Positions 24,951-39,104 of a stretch of 64,000 nucleotides of DNA are shown one piece after another. The number at the start of each line of letters is the position of its first letter. Within the stretch, counting starts at the first letter, position 1. This stretch comes from Stegostoma tigrinum (taxonomy: Eukaryota). Position numbers and translations under genes: made by a program. The notes under the pieces are model-generated. The model was not told the origin of the DNA, did no database searches, and saw only the letters and a list, made by a program, of their open reading frames with translations. The stretch lies in contig NC_081377.1 in NCBI RefSeq assembly GCF_030684315.1, positions 24,800,001 through 24,864,000 of the forward strand, read 5' to 3'.

Positions 24951-26328
24951 ATCAGGAACCACGCAGGACAGCTGCAGACTGATAGCATTTATTTTGATGG
25001 ACAATGGACTTTTAAAGATAGTTTTGCATGCAAGTGACACCAGTAAATTGTGGCATAAATGTCACATGGCGAGTTATTCCAGGAACACTATGTGCCAAGA
25101 TGGGTCAGAAATCAGACTGGGAGATGTCATAAGGGCATGGTAGGTAATGAATGAGGTGAGTTTGATAAGATAGACTTAGAGAAATCACAAGACCTTGCAG
25201 TGACAATCTTCTGAAAATCTCCCACAACTTGGGCTTAAACAAAAAAAGCATAAGAATTAGTCCAGGACTGGTTTCAGTTCCTTTCAGTCGATTATTACAA
25301 TGTGGCAATGTGTCAGTGACAGAAAGTTCAACCAGCTTTACAATTTAAATCTATAATTTTCAAAGCATTAATTAAGCTGTGAGCTAAGTGAATGATTCTG
25401 TTAAGGCATTTGTTGACATTTCTCAGAAATAATCGATGTTTTGTCGTATATGTGCTTTTGCATGATTGAATATAAATTCTAACAGGTAGAAACTATTGAT
25501 AAATAAAGATTTTTGATAAAAACAGTGCACTCATGAAGCAACAGTAAGCAATAAGTAATCGGGGCACCTAGTACTTCCTTGGTTTCAGCTCTTCCTGTGA
25601 TGGGGCAGTTTGTAAATGATCGATTGTTTTATTACATTGTTGATATAATTCAATTTAATTTCCAATCATTGTCATTTCCATTTCAGCAGAATTTCAAGTC
25701 TTTCTGAAAAATGTTCAAACTTGTTCAGGTTCTCTGTATTTTTGCAGTTCCTGAATCTAGTGAAGCACCCACTGGGTACACCCTTCGCTGAATATCACCT
25801 ACTCTTCAACACATGGAAAAATATTCACTAGCTGCTGCATCTTGAACAGGAATAGAGCCAAAAGTAAAAAGGAAATCATTTCAAACACAACAATCCTCTT
25901 CCCTTGTGAAATAAACTTCAATTTAAGGAATGAAACACAGATTACTCTCTATTTATCTTCTAAACACCACTCACTTCATTCATTGGCACTTACAGCTTTC
26001 AAATTCACTGAGAAAATTACATTAAGTGTTTATACCTCTCAGCAGTTTGGACATTTCAAGTAAAGCCCCATTCATCAGCAAGTAATGTATTTGTCAGGAG
26101 CTATACAGTTCTGGGATTTCACTTTGTATGAAATTATTAACCCTTTACAGTTCTTGATATATTACTTTTTTGTGGAGATTGATTGTGTTGTGCAGTGGAT
26201 TCAAATTTTGACTTGTAATTTAGGGTGTCATATTTTAAAACACCACTGAGAGAGAACTTAAAATGGAAACAGATAATGAGGGAAACTATAATACCTCTTT
26301 CCTTGAGTCAAATTGATGCTCTTCTTGG

Positions 26329-26636
26329 ATCATAGAATCCCTACAGTGTGGAAGCGGACTATTTGGCCTGTTAAGTCCACACAGGCACTCTGATGAGAAG
26401 CCACCCACTATCCTATCCCTGTAACCCTGCATTTCCCATAGCTAAGACACACACCCTTAGACAGTATGAGCAATTCAGCATGGCATCTACCTAACTTGTA
26501 CGTCTTTGGACTAAGAGGAAGCAAACCCTTGCAGACACGGGGAGAATGTGCAATAACCAACAGTTGCCTGAGGGTGGATTTGAACCCTGATCACTAGCAC
26601 TGTGAGGCAGCAGTACTAACCACTGAGCCACCATGC
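26329..26636 (-). mobile_element. HE1-type SINE
   Basis: atcatagaatccctacagtgtgg tail; tRNA head gcatggtggctcagtggttagtactgctgcctcacag on the minus strand. Confidence 0.85.
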
Positions 26637-27794
26637 TAGTATTCAATTAAATAAAGCAGCATTAATAGAGAAACAAGAGCAGCTTGTTTATTTGTCCTCC
26701 ACCTTGGGAATGGACATGGTGCGTAGTGTGAGGAGACAGGAAATAAATGGAACAGGGAGGAAATATGAAGTGCTCTTTTCTCAAAATTAACTTATTATCA
26801 GTGGGTCATTCATTGAATGAAATTTTGTTTTTAGCTGCCAATTGGAGTATTGCAGTAAGAGACTTCTTTAAATTGCAACAGGCATAGGGAATCCTTTAAG
26901 TTTATATTGTTCCTGTACAAAGTGGTCAGAGGAAGATCTAACCACCAGAATATCTGTATCCTCAGAAATGGAGAAGGACACGTGTCAGGCCAATCAGTGA
27001 CATAGCAATTGCTCGGCAAAATCTGTGGTCAAGGCGAGATTAAGTTTGCACACCATTTCTGTGTCCGTGAAAGGTACAAGTCAGAATCTTCTGTATGGTG
27101 ATATGGCCACCATCAAACAATTATTTGTCTTGTGATTTAAAGGTCAAATGTGTTCAAGTAGATCAGCTATCTGTCAGTACCAAATCAAGTATCCAGCTTC
27201 CATGTATCTTCCTTTGGATTTGTACTAAAGGAGGAACATTAGAAACTTTGTTAATGTATCCTGTCATGCTAATCTGGATGTTGTTGATTCAAGGTTCACT
27301 TTGCAACACCCTTTTGATTTTTATGATAAAAGTACACTTTAAGACAAAATATCTGTAGGGTTAAGATGAAAGAAAGCAGAATTTAGTTATATTGAGACAG
27401 CTAAGTGATTATCTAGCAAATTGTTTAAAGACTTCTAACTTATCAAAACAAAGAAATTGAGGGAGAATTCTCAATGAAAGCTATATGTTCTAATGTGAAT
27501 ATGGTTACTGCAAGCATTTTCTAACTATATTGCTCCAATTGGGAAGTATTAATTTATTTATGAAAAAATCATAACTTTGAATTTCTTTAAAATAATCTTT
27601 ATAGTTCACCTGGCAACGGGTTCCATTTCTGCAGTATTCATCTTCCATATCAGTGAGTAGTCATTTACTGGAAGAGTAGTATTGTTCTAAGCCATTACCA
27701 TGATCGTACCATTTTCCAAACGTAACAGGAAACATAACCAATACAAATAGAAATCAAAACATTGGAGTATAAACAAATATCAATGTCTTAGACA

Positions 27795-27964
27795 CAATGG
27801 GCACTGAGGATGCTGGAGAATCCAAGATAACAAAGTGTGGAGCTGGATGAACACAGCAGGCCCAGCAGCATCTCAGGAGCACAAAAGCTGACGTTTCGGG
27901 CTTAGACCCTTCATCAGAGAGCCTCTCTGTGAGCCTGCTGTGTTCATCCAGCTACACACTTTGT
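27795..27964. mobile_element. Penelope family A pLTR with partial inverted arm
   Basis: 17-bp duplication tatcaatgtcttagaca (27778-27794, 27965-27981). Confidence 0.9.
27887..27921 (-). ncRNA. Minimal type I hammerhead ribozyme motif
   Basis: Minus strand: cucu CUGAUGA A GGG-UCUAAG-CCC GAAA C GUC agc. Confidence 0.72.
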
Positions 27965-28974
27965 TATCAATGTCTTAGACATTTGATAGAGTTGATAGGG
28001 TTTTAACCGTCTGATTTTCATATGTAAGTGACTCAGATTTTTCATTTTGAGTATGTTGTCTTAGGGTCAGAAAAGGTGAACCCCCCATTTGTTGTTTTAT
28101 TGCACAGAATTTGGAAAAACACTATACCTTTAAGACAGCTAAATTACATCATGACATGTGACACTTGTGTTTAAAGGGTCTCCATCTTGATCCCTCTACA
28201 TTCAAAGAGTGGTTAGTCTATTCTTTAGTTAGACAAAAAAAGAATATAATGTAACGAGAATCTAAGTAAGCACATGGCCCCCTGATGGTGTATCTAATGT
28301 AAGACGTCATAGTAGTATATATAGAAAGTTGTGAATAAAGTTCTAGATATCTGACTTGTAATGAATCTGATTCGTTGTGGTCTATGTTACATGTGCTAAT
28401 AAACAGAAAATCTTTGAAGCATATACGCATTCATTTTCAATTTGATGTAGTGAAGGTGGCAAACACATTCTAGTTGCTAAGTTGGCTAAGATCAAAGTAA
28501 GATGCAGCTTAGCCATAATATCAGATTTACCATCACTGGGACCTTTACACACTTTGAAAAGTAATACATGGTGACTGACAATCTGCTGACATCTCCGATG
28601 TTAATACATAGTTATATTATTATACTTTTCAGAATTGTCACGTGAAAATATTATCAAATCCTATATAAATATGTTTTTGCTGCTCGTTGTTTTTAATGCA
28701 AACAGAGAAATTTTACATTGTGTCTTGCCTCTGAACTCGTCTTTGGCTACTGATCCATTTAGCTTAAGGAAAGGGCTTCTTGGGGGAGCAGGGGAGTTCA
28801 GTTAGCTCATTTGGCAGGGTAGCTAACATATGGGTCATGATAATACACATGATATCGTGGGTCATGATCTTGTTCTAGTGGAGGTAGAATTGGGCCTGCC
28901 TTCTCTCATTACTCTGCTGTAAAATCACAGCATAAGCTTTGGTTCCTTGAGCCTGAAGCAATTAAGGAACTATA

Positions 28975-29160
28975 TCACTGTTCCTTCACTATCGCTAGAT
29001 CAAAATTCTGGAATTCTGTTCATATCACCACTGTGGGTGTCTTTACACCTCAAGAACTGTAGCAGTTTAAGAAGGCAGCTCATCACAACCTTCTCCAGGA
29101 CTAATAGGGAAGGGGAATAAACACCTTCTGTGCCAGTGATGCCCACATTCTGCAAACAAA
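28975..29160 (+). mobile_element. Old CR1/L2-group LINE 3' tail
   Basis: gcagtttaagaaggcagctcatcacaaccttctcc..aataaa..gccagtgatgcccacatt. Confidence 0.65.
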
Positions 29161-32074
29161 TTTAGAAAACTACGTACACAATGAATAAGACAACGATACT
29201 GTTATGTCACATGTGACTCAGCTAAAAGTGCTGGAGAAATTTGGCAGCCCTAGTAGTATTTGTGAAGAGAGGTGGAGTTAACATTTTCAACTCCAGTGTG
29301 AGCCTTGTCTGGGTAATTCAGATAATTTGCTAATACAGTCATATCCACAATTTCCAGATTGCAGATGTGTCCAGCAAACCTTTGCAGAACTGCTGGAAAT
29401 GACTTCTCTAAGTACCCAAGTTTTTGAAGGAAGTGTTTTGGGCAGAACTTATTTGAACTGACACAGGTTAATCACTGATTGGAGAACCAATGGGAAATAC
29501 TTGTTGTTTCTGAAGATAAAGCACTTCACTATCCACTGTCAGGCCTCCTCCATGATTCAGGAGCTCAAAGGACTAAATTCCAACTATTGAGAACTGCAGA
29601 ACAATCAAAAGCCAGCAGCCCTCCATTGTGGGCAGCATTGCCATGAGCAGTGGCTATTGGCAATGATGTCCCTCAGAAGAGATCAAGGATTGCCAAGGGA
29701 TCCAAACCACAGTTGAGTAAAGGATGAAGGGTGGTTGGAGAAGAGAGGGAATGGGAGTCAGAAGCGAGGTCAGGAGAGGTGTGTTCAGCAACCACTCTAT
29801 TCTCCAATACTGAATTCCTCCATGGGCAGTATTTATATTTGTAAGAGGGATCCTCGCACATGATGTCTCCCTCATCGAAGGCCACGGTTAGAGCCAGGCA
29901 GGGCAGCCTTCTGTAGGCATAGGAAAGCCAAGCCACTTGTATTTAATCACTGACCTGTTGTTAAATTCAAGTGGGCTCAGGGATCGTTTGTGTCAATTAG
30001 GTCAATAATGAGCAAAATTGACAACTTGCCAGAGTAAGTCAAACACTTCCATTGCTCGAAGTCTGACATGTAGCTTGTCCTACAACTATGTGAGTTCAGC
30101 CGTCATGTGTGGGCTGCAGTAAACCTAGTCCACTGAAGTCAGAGTGTAGGAACACTGGGATTTATCAAACGTTGAAGGCAATTGTGGGATGTCATCAACA
30201 ACATTGACTGCATCTGCTGCAATTTCAACAGAGTTTATAGAAAGGTGTCTAATCTAAATTTAGGGAAGAAGAAGAATTTGTTTCTCTGAGCAGAATAGAA
30301 AGCACCATTTCACTTTTATCTTTGAATAGGCATTCAAATAAGATACCAATATTTCACCCATGGCTTACTAGATTTAATGTTAGCAGTTTTGTTGTGCAGC
30401 TAAAGAATATGTACTGAGTTGATTGAAGAGAGGAAAACTTTATTTCTGTAGACATCTTACAATGGTTTCATTTTGCCGCAAAACTGTGAGAGAGCAAAAT
30501 CTTGTGACATTGCGCTCTCTGTAATGATGTATTGTGTGTCTCATTAGCATTTCAGATTTAGCACCCTGAACAAAATCTCCCCCAAATCTCTGATGCTGTC
30601 CATTGTATTACGTCTCCATTCCACCACAGCCCCCACTGCCCCCGACCCACCATCAATCTTTGACTTCAATTGTCTTTAAAGGAACGACGACTGTGTTAGT
30701 TTCACTAGCCTACGTGAGCACCTTCCGAGCTTCTTGATGCATGTGGTCTCTCAGATTCTGCTGGGGCAGAAGGATAATTAACGGATGGCTCTGGTTCAGC
30801 AATCAGATTTCTCAATGAATGCAGCACCGCTGCAACTGTATGGAAAGTTGCTTCTGTGCAGAATCTAGTGCATGTCTATTTTGTTGCACCACATCATTTT
30901 CAGTTTGAGTAACGTAGAGCCATAGATAATGTTTCTGTTTCACCACTTGGCCATATTGAGCTTGGAATTGAATGCAAACTCGCTCTTCTGATTGGAAATT
31001 GTGTGTTATGTGATATTTGTCACAGTTCCATACCTGGCCTGAAGTGAAAGGAGTTTTTTTTTGAGAAAATAGAAAGTTATGAATGAATGACTTCTTTTAA
31101 GATTTTTAACACATCCTACAGTTACCACAGGGTTCAATGATGCCAAATAATGGATTAATGAGTGTGCGATAGCTTAGCATAGAGGCATTAGGAACCATGA
31201 GGTGTTGGTGGAGGGGAATGAGGTGGCGTGGAGCTATTGTGAGTCATCGAGTGGGAGAGTAGATGCCATAGCTTGCTGAGAGGTGTGAAAAGAGCAAGAG
31301 CTTTGGAACTTACCTTTGTAAAGGTTCCCTCATCCAAATTATAGTTCATGACACACTTGAGGTGCAGTGAACCATATCTCTTTGAAAAGCTTGTCTGTCC
31401 TCATGAACATTACAGAAGCAGAAGACATGTCTATTGACACTATGGTGTTGGCCAGGTCAGGAATGCCAGGACCAAAACCAGCTTTCACCCTTGAATAGCA
31501 TTGATGATAATTGGAAACTTGGCACGGGGTCAGGAGTCCTTGCGTTGAGTCCTGACCACCATTTCACCCATCCATTCCACCATTTTCACCCATCTATTCC
31601 AAGGATCTTATGGAATCTTGGAGGACAGGTGGGAACCTGGTGGGAAGGCCTGCCAAAGTGATTTACTGACCCCTCACTTGCCTGAAATCATGGAATCTTC
31701 CATGTCTAAATGACAAGTAACCAGTTTTCATTCCCTCACTGATCTAAACAAAGCTCTTCATAACTCTGAAATACAGAAATGCTTTCTTAAAGTAATGAAG
31801 TGCAAGGTTGTAGAAATTCAGGATTCAACATTATCAAATGCGTTGCAGATTAACAAAGTTAGAAGAATTCCTGCTCAGGTTGCGATAGCTCTTTATATAT
31901 ATGTGCTGAGGATTGGTGGCTGAGACTAAATAGTTGCACACAGTAGAAAAAAAACCAGAGAATCAGCGTTAGTTGTTGAACCACAAACAGCCATAATTGA
32001 TTTTTTAATAAGCCAGTTAAATGTCAGCCACAGAATTAAAGTAAATTTGAATTAACTTTTGTTTTTATTTAATC

Positions 32075-32370
32075 TAACATAAGAAATAAGAGCAAAGTAG
32101 GCCATTCAGCCCCTTGAATCAGTCAATGAGATCATGATTGATCTGATGATGACCGTCACATCACTTTCCTGCCTGCCCCGATAATTCTTAACTCCTGTGT
32201 TAATCAAAACCTGTCAAATGCAACACTGAATATGTTCAATGATTCAGCCTCCAATGTTCAATCTGGGGGCCAATTCCAAACACAAGCAACCTTCAGAGAG
32301 AAGGAATTGCTCCCATCTTCATCTTAAATGGAAGATCACTTATTTTGAACCTTGCCTCTAGTTCTGGATT
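32075..32370 (-). mobile_element. CR1 3' tail
   Basis: aacataagaaataagagcaaagtaggccattcagcccc is the reverse complement of a CR1 3' UTR. Confidence 0.75.
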
Positions 32371-32700
32371 CCCCCCGCAAAAAATGGAAATCAACAATAA
32401 TTACTCAGTTGTGCAAGACCACATACCCCGTCATGTGTACTCTGAACAAATTCAGAATGAAATGCTAAACATTTGTCAATTCCATCTCTGTGAGATGCAC
32501 CTACAGATGATAAGCAAGTGTTCTTTTGAGAAACTTGGTCACATAAAATTCCGTCTGTTATAACAAAAATATGTTGCAGAAGAACCTGTAGGACTGTGGA
32601 CCTCTAATAAAAGTTATTTACAATATGTAGGGCAGAATTGTATGTTCCCGAGCTGGTGGCATTGCAGGCAAGTGAGGAGTCAGTAACCCGCTTCAGGTGG

Positions 32701-32930
32701 CCTTCCCATCAGGTTCCCACCTGTCTCAACATCCCCACAGGTCCTTCACACCAGGTTCCCACCTGCTTCGACATCCCCACAGGTCCTTCCCACCAGGTTC
32801 CCACCTGTCTTGACATCCCCACAGGTCCTTCCCACCAGGTTCCTACCTCCCTCGACATCCCCACAGGTCCTTTCCACCAGGTTCCCACCTGTCTCGACAT
32901 CCCCAAAGGTCCTTCCCACCAGGTTTCCAC
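32701..32930. repeat. 42-bp minisatellite, ~5.5 copies
   Basis: Unit ccttcccaccaggttcccacctgtctcgacatccccacaggt at 32701, 32743, 32785, 32827, 32869 and 32911 (partial). Confidence 0.95.
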
Positions 32931-33765
32931 TAAGTTACAAGGAAACAAACAAGAGGACTTGGACAAGGCAAGTGAATGGGCTAGGACATGGCACAGGAAT
33001 ATATTGTAAAAAAGTGTGAAGGTATTCGCATTTGGTTGAAAGAAACAGAAAGGCAGAAGGTTTTTTAAATGGTGAGAGGTTAGGAAATGCAGCCTTCCAA
33101 AATGGTTGAGCATCCTTGTACATGAATCACTGAAGACGAGCATGCAGGTTTAATAGGCAAACAGTTATGTTGGGCATTTATTTCAAGATGATTTGAGTAC
33201 AGATGTAAAGATGTCTTGCTGCAATTATATACAGCCTCAGTGAAAACTCACCTGGAGTACTGTGTACAGTTTTGATCTCTTTATCTAGAGAGCAAAAGGA
33301 AATTCACCAGATTAATCCTTCAATTGGTGGGACTGTCTTATGAAGAAAGATTGAAGAAACTGGGTCTGTATTCTCAATTCTCTCAAAGAATGATAGGTAG
33401 TCTCAGTGAAATATAAAGTTCTTACAGGGTGAATATAGATATGATGTTTCCCTAGCTCCTGACTCTTGAATCAGGGAACATAATCTCAGAATAAGGAACA
33501 GGGCAATTAGGATTGAGAAAACAAGGACTTTCTGCACTTTGAGAATAGCAAATCATTGGAATTCTCTATTCCGAGGGGCTGTGAAATCTCGATTATTGAA
33601 CAGGTTCAAGACAGAAATCAATAGCTTTCTGAAGAATAATGACATTAAGGGATATGTAGATAGTGTGAGAAATGGCATTGAGATAAATGAACAGCTATGA
33701 CCTAGAAGAGTGGGGTAGACTTGATGAACTGAATGGCCTGCTTCTGTTCCTAAGTTCCTAAAATA
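32931..33765 (+). mobile_element. CR1 LINE 3' fragment
   Basis: LQGNKQEDLDKASEWARTW; cacctggagtactgtgtacagttttg; tail ggcctgcttctgttcctaagttcct. Confidence 0.85.
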
Positions 33766-35060
33766 ATACAAAAACTAGCTCTTAGGTGCACATAACATGC
33801 AATAAACAATTGCATTCTGAAGAGATGATGTACATAATGTTTGAGGAACTTCTGAGCTTTTTGGGTAAATGAGAATCTAAAAATCATTCACTGGGTTAGT
33901 ATTCCAGATTAGCCAGCGTAATATTTAACTGTAATAGCATTCTCAGGATTATAACAGTTGCTCTATATAATCACTCCTGAATAGCTATGTAATTCCAGTC
34001 TAGTTATATGTTATGAACTCTTTCCTCAGTCCAAGCTCAAACAGATTTAAGATATGCACATATGAAATACAGAATAGACAGATACTGTTATTTCATCTCT
34101 GGTTTTTGATATTGTATGGTCAGAGATCAAGCAGAAAGGGCATACTCTTAAACACAGGTATATTCAGATCACTTGAGGAAGTGACTGGCACTGCTGTATC
34201 TGTGGGAACATTCACCACAATTCCCCAAATTTACAACAATATGCAAAGGTGGACTTAGTGGCTTCTTCCTGCATTATGGGCAACCACCAATTTTACACAG
34301 CGCCAAAAGTGACCAGTATGCACAGGATTTTTTTTATTTCTTAACAATCAATACTGCGGGATATTGGGTGAAGTGACTGGTGCTAGTTTACAGGAAATGA
34401 GCAACCAATTGTTCTGTGATCCAAAGTGAACAGTCAAAGACTTTGACCCCCTATAATGGATGCAGTCAGTTCCAGTTATGGAATGCTTGATCAATGCGAA
34501 TATTTACAGTAAGTGGAAAGAAGTAAGATATATGTCATGGACCTTTGATTTACAAAATAGATCTCACTGAGTAATGCAGGCCCTTCTGAACATTAAGGAC
34601 CATAACTGGAGTATCATATTGTTGTTAAGTGTTATGCAAAAATTTCCCCAAAATACTTTTGCAACTACTTATTTGGGATCTTTGCTTTGTCATTCATGTC
34701 CTCAATAACGGAGTCAAAATGGGCTTATCTTTGAGAAAAATAATTGCTAACTAGGTGAAACTTTTCTCCTTTTCTGACACCCGTCAACAATCCAGTACTA
34801 ATGTTACTAAAGTAGGACATTACATGTACTAGAAAGGGCAATGTTTCCTCTAATCTTCGTTAACCATGCATTTCACCTTCAAACCTGGAAAACACATTCT
34901 ATCATGCCTGAGTGACTCTGTGTTTCCCAATTATCTCTACAGACACAACCATTTAAATTCTTGTGCAATCATAACTTTTGTTGAATCAGGGACAGTTTTA
35001 TCAATGGTCTCATGGCCATCATGAACTCACTGGAGATGAGCAAACTAATTTCATTTTACA

Positions 35061-35276
35061 CAAAAACAAAGTTGCTGGAAAAGCTCAGCAGGTCTGGCAG
35101 CATCTGTGGAGGAGAAAAAAAATTAATGTTTCGGGTCCGGTGACCCTTCCTCAGAACCCTCACCGGACATGAAACATTAACTCTTTTCTCTCCTCCACAG
35201 ATGCCAGACCTGCTGAGCTTTTCCAGGAACTTTGTTTTTGTTCCTGATTTACAGCATCCGCAGTTCTTTTGGTTCT
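35061..35276. mobile_element. Penelope family B asymmetric inverted pLTR insert
   Basis: 15-bp TSD taatttcattt(t/c)aca (35046-35060, 35277-35291); arms fold back at ~35158; ~35-nt extra tail on the right. Confidence 0.9.
35121..35158 (-). ncRNA. Minimal type I hammerhead ribozyme motif (family B)
   Basis: Minus strand: gguu CUGAGGA A GGGUC-ACCG-GACCC GAAA C AUU aau; perfect 5-bp stem II. Confidence 0.72.
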
Positions 35277-36087
35277 TAATTTCATTTCACATCTGTCAAG
35301 GGAAACAAATTTTCATCCCACCTGCCGAAGCTAAATTCAACCTGAGATACCAAAGATGAAAAATAATTTTCCAATCAGGCTCCCATCATTGGGTTTTGTA
35401 TTCCTCAATTAATTTCCCATCCAGTATGGTGGATAGCAAATTTGTTTTGCATAATTATATTTGGCAGATTTATAAGGGTTATGTTGGAATGGAAAAAGCT
35501 TATGCTTTAAAGAATCCTTCAGCGAGGACTGGCATAACTATTTGAAAGCTTGTACATTTATAAAGTTCATTCAGAGTGTAATAGATCCCTCTTTGTGGTG
35601 GATTTTTATTGATGTTCTTTTGGGGAAACAAAATAGGAAAGCCATTTCTGCCTTCTGAGAAAACACAGTTCTGTATTTTCAAAATCTGTAACATAGTAAA
35701 AAAAAGCATTACAAATGCTTAAATAAGTTTGTTATTTCTGGGCAATCATGAATAAAAGTTTTGCCAAGATTCAATGCTCATGTAATTGAGTTTAACAGGG
35801 TGCTGTCCATTAATTAGAACCAATAATAAAACTATGGTCTCCTCATTTTGATTTAACAGTGATTTTATACTTGCGATTTCCCAGTGTTTGTGTAACTGGA
35901 TTTTAATAAAATCAGCGTATGTTTATTATTATTATTTCTTTTTCCTCTGACAGGCATATTCTCACTCCTTTGTCCTCCACATCTCCACCAAGAATTCAAA
36001 TGGATCGGTAGGCACCATAAAGCTCCCTCTACTGGATACTTAAATTATGACATAAGGTCATATGAAACACAACATGGCATTGAATGA

Positions 36088-36420
36088 ATCATAGAATCCC
36101 TGCAGTGTAGAAACAGACCATTCGGCCCATTGAATCTACTCTAACCCTCTGAAGAGCATCATAGCCAGACCCACCCTGTAATGCTGCATTTCCCCCAGTT
36201 AATCTACCTAGGCTGCACTTGCCTGGACACTATGGGCAATTTAGCATGGCCAATCCACTTAATATGCACATTTTTGGACTGTGGGAGGAAACTAGGTCAC
36301 CTGGAAAAAAGACCATGCAGACACAGGGAGAAAGTGCAAACTCCACATAGACAGCCAAGACTGGAATTGAACCTGGGTCCCCGGTACTTTGAAGTGCAGT
36401 GTAAACCATTGAAGCTATTG
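36088..36420 (-). mobile_element. HE1-type SINE
   Basis: Same core and tail as the other copies; head decayed. Confidence 0.8.
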
Positions 36421-36904
36421 CATGCATTAGTGGACTGACACCAGCTGACCCAAAATATTTGTTAATCAAAAAGTAATGTGTAGTTACATTGTATTAAGAA
36501 CATGATTGAAGGCACAGCGTCGTTATCACTCACTGGATTGATTGAAGGTTCAGGAAGCTTCTCAAGGCATTACCGAAGCAGAAAGAGGTTGACAACAGAA
36601 TTAAAACAGTAAGCGTGAATTCTAAATCGCAAGTTCTGGAAATGATACCCAAAATAGAATACCAGTTGAAAGAACAAAGATCAGTTAGCATTTTGGATGG
36701 GAACTTTCCTCAGAACTAGCATGGGAACTTTTCTCACAACCAGGACAACACAATTGTTTTCTTTCAATTCCTTGATGGTTCACCTAGCCGTTTACATGCC
36801 TGCAGATGCCTGGGGACAAATCACGGACTTTTGGAATAATATAACGTACAAATTAACTGTTACTCATCTAATTACTGACGGATTAATTCACCACTACCCA
36901 TCGC

Positions 36905-37345
36905 CTCTTAAAGGGTTAATTTATGAGGAGACATTGAACAAATTAAGTCTGTTTTCTCCAGAATTTAGAAGGTTAAGGAGTGATCTGATTGAAGCGTTTA
37001 AGATATTAACAGAAAACGGCAGTGTAGACAAAAGTAAACTGTTCCCATGGCTGTGGATTCTAGAACAAGGGGATATTTTCTGAAATTAAGGTTGGGGCAT
37101 TCAGGACACACGTTGGAAAGCACTTCTAAGTATGGTAGATGTTGAGAACTGTCTTCCACAAACAACATTTGGTGTAGGATCAGTTGTTAAGTTTAAATCT
37201 GAGATAAATAAATTTTTCAGCAAAATTATCAAGGGATATGGGCCAAAAGCAGGTATATGGAGTTAGGCCATATATCAGCACGATCTTATTGAGTGGTAAA
37301 ACAGGCTTGAGATGCTGAATGGCCTACTCCTGTGCCTTTGCTCTT
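36905..37345 (+). mobile_element. CR1 3' fragment
   Basis: LKGLIYEETLNKLSLFSPEFRRLRSDLIEAFKI in ORF 36697-37083; CR1 tail. Confidence 0.85.
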
Positions 37346-39104
37346 AATGTCTTCTTGCATAACTTAAATTGTTTGATAGCAAAGGATAGTGCTAGCAGTG
37401 TAGGCTGGATTAATGTTTGCCACCATTTACTTCCATGTATGCTTTTTCTGCATTACTTCAACATGCACAATGTGCATTCTGCAAGAATGATTGAATTACT
37501 GTAAAAAAAAGAACAATAAAAATGAATTAGTGTTAGTAACTAGATACTGGAGGAGTGTCCTGTGTATTGAATAAGCTGTGTTGGGAGCCTTGCTTTACCT
37601 TTAAGTGTATTTCTGATAAGTTAATAAAATTTTATTGCAAATTGGTGCTTAACAGAGTACATTTCAGTGTGAATTATTGTTGAGTTCATATCCCCTGATA
37701 AGTAAATATTAGTTCTGGAGCAAACTGAATGTAAGAGAATATGTGTGTCCATTCCTGAGTGCTCTGTGTCAGCGATTTCAACAGATATATGGTAGACATG
37801 CCACTTGGAGTAATGTTGTGAACAGGTAGTAAAAGGATGAGTGTTTTGATCATTAGCAGTTATTTGAGCTGTCATTGAAAAATATATTTTTCCCTCAACT
37901 CAAAACATTGCTACAACCCAGGCAGTTATTTCACCCTCATATGCTTTAATGATCTCAAATGCTAATGAAGAAATTATTCAATTGGTTTATAATTTGGAAA
38001 TCTGATCAGGCGGAAAGATGTTTAGCTCATCATTAAAGTTTACTCTGTCAACAGGTATATTTATTAGTCTGCAAGAGTAGACAAAAGACATTATATGCTG
38101 ACCCTTTCTCTTCCAGTAATTCACTGAAAGTAACATTTGGACTAGAGATTTGTTTTTCTTCTGTTGGATAAAATGATTCCAGTGCATTTGGGGAGAATCT
38201 CAGTTTTTCTCTCATCTCAAATTACAATTTTATTTTCTAAGCACCGCAAATTTATATTGAGTTTTTCTTGTATGTGAAAACATCCAGAAAGTATTAAGGC
38301 AATTTTCCCCTATATTCTCAGTAATGTCCCTTTCACAGTGCACATTGACATCTTGTTGTCTCTCAGGCCTCAGGCTAAGTAATACTTTAGCTCCCTGATG
38401 TTATTTGTAAAATAAATTCAATGCAAAAATAAGCCTTAATACGGATGGAAAATTGAATAATACACAACATAAACATTTACAATAGATAATGAGGTTCTAG
38501 CATCGGCAGTTCCTACTATATCTGAATAAGTATTTACAGGTTGCCTGTGTTGGCGTTCCTGAAATTTAATATCTGATTTGAAATGCTACACATCAAGGTT
38601 TTAGCACTTTCAGTTCTAATGAAACTTAACCAAAGATGAAGGCCAATAAGGAGTGTTATTTTGTAAATCTGTTTACTTTTGTGCAATCATAAATGAACCA
38701 GTACAAAGATACAAGACAAATTTGTATTATACATATAAACAAAGTATACTAGATGTGGTCTTTAACTGTGACTCCCAACTTTGAACTAGAGTTTCAGTGA
38801 ACATTAAATTAAATCCTTTGGAAGCTGGCAGTAGTGAATGGTTTTCAAGTGACCTACAATCAGTATGGTGGACCTTCAATTCACTCATGAAGTAACTGCC
38901 CTTCACAAGAAAATCCACTAATTGGGCCTCGCTCTCTTTCTTGCTGTAATAGGACATTCAAACCTAGAAATTACTTTTGGCGATAATAGCAGATGAACAC
39001 TTAAAGTGCTTGTAAGATGTTTCTGTCTGCGATTTTGACAAACATGTTAACCCATCTATTTTAAGTGGGGTAATGCCTCAATTAAAACAGCAGACAATGG
39101 AATA

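Larger units (their letters stand above)
23123..25120 (-). mobile_element. Degenerate PIF/Harbinger transposon (boundaries approximate)
   Basis: Contains the Myb/SANT-like pseudogene listed next; interrupted by two Penelope pLTR inserts. Confidence 0.55.

Noticed and set aside
28480-28515. ttggctaagatcaa match to the U2 snRNA 5' region
   Set aside because: Only ~14 nt match; upstream and downstream U2 sequence is absent.
30557-30578. REST/NRSE-like site tttagcaccctgaacaaa
   Set aside because: Several mismatches at key positions of the right half-site.
32638-33143. Repetitive ORFs (PSHQVPTCLDIPTG)n as a protein gene or CRISPR-like array
   Set aside because: A contiguous 42-bp tandem repeat without unique spacers; the ORFs run into CR1 sequence.
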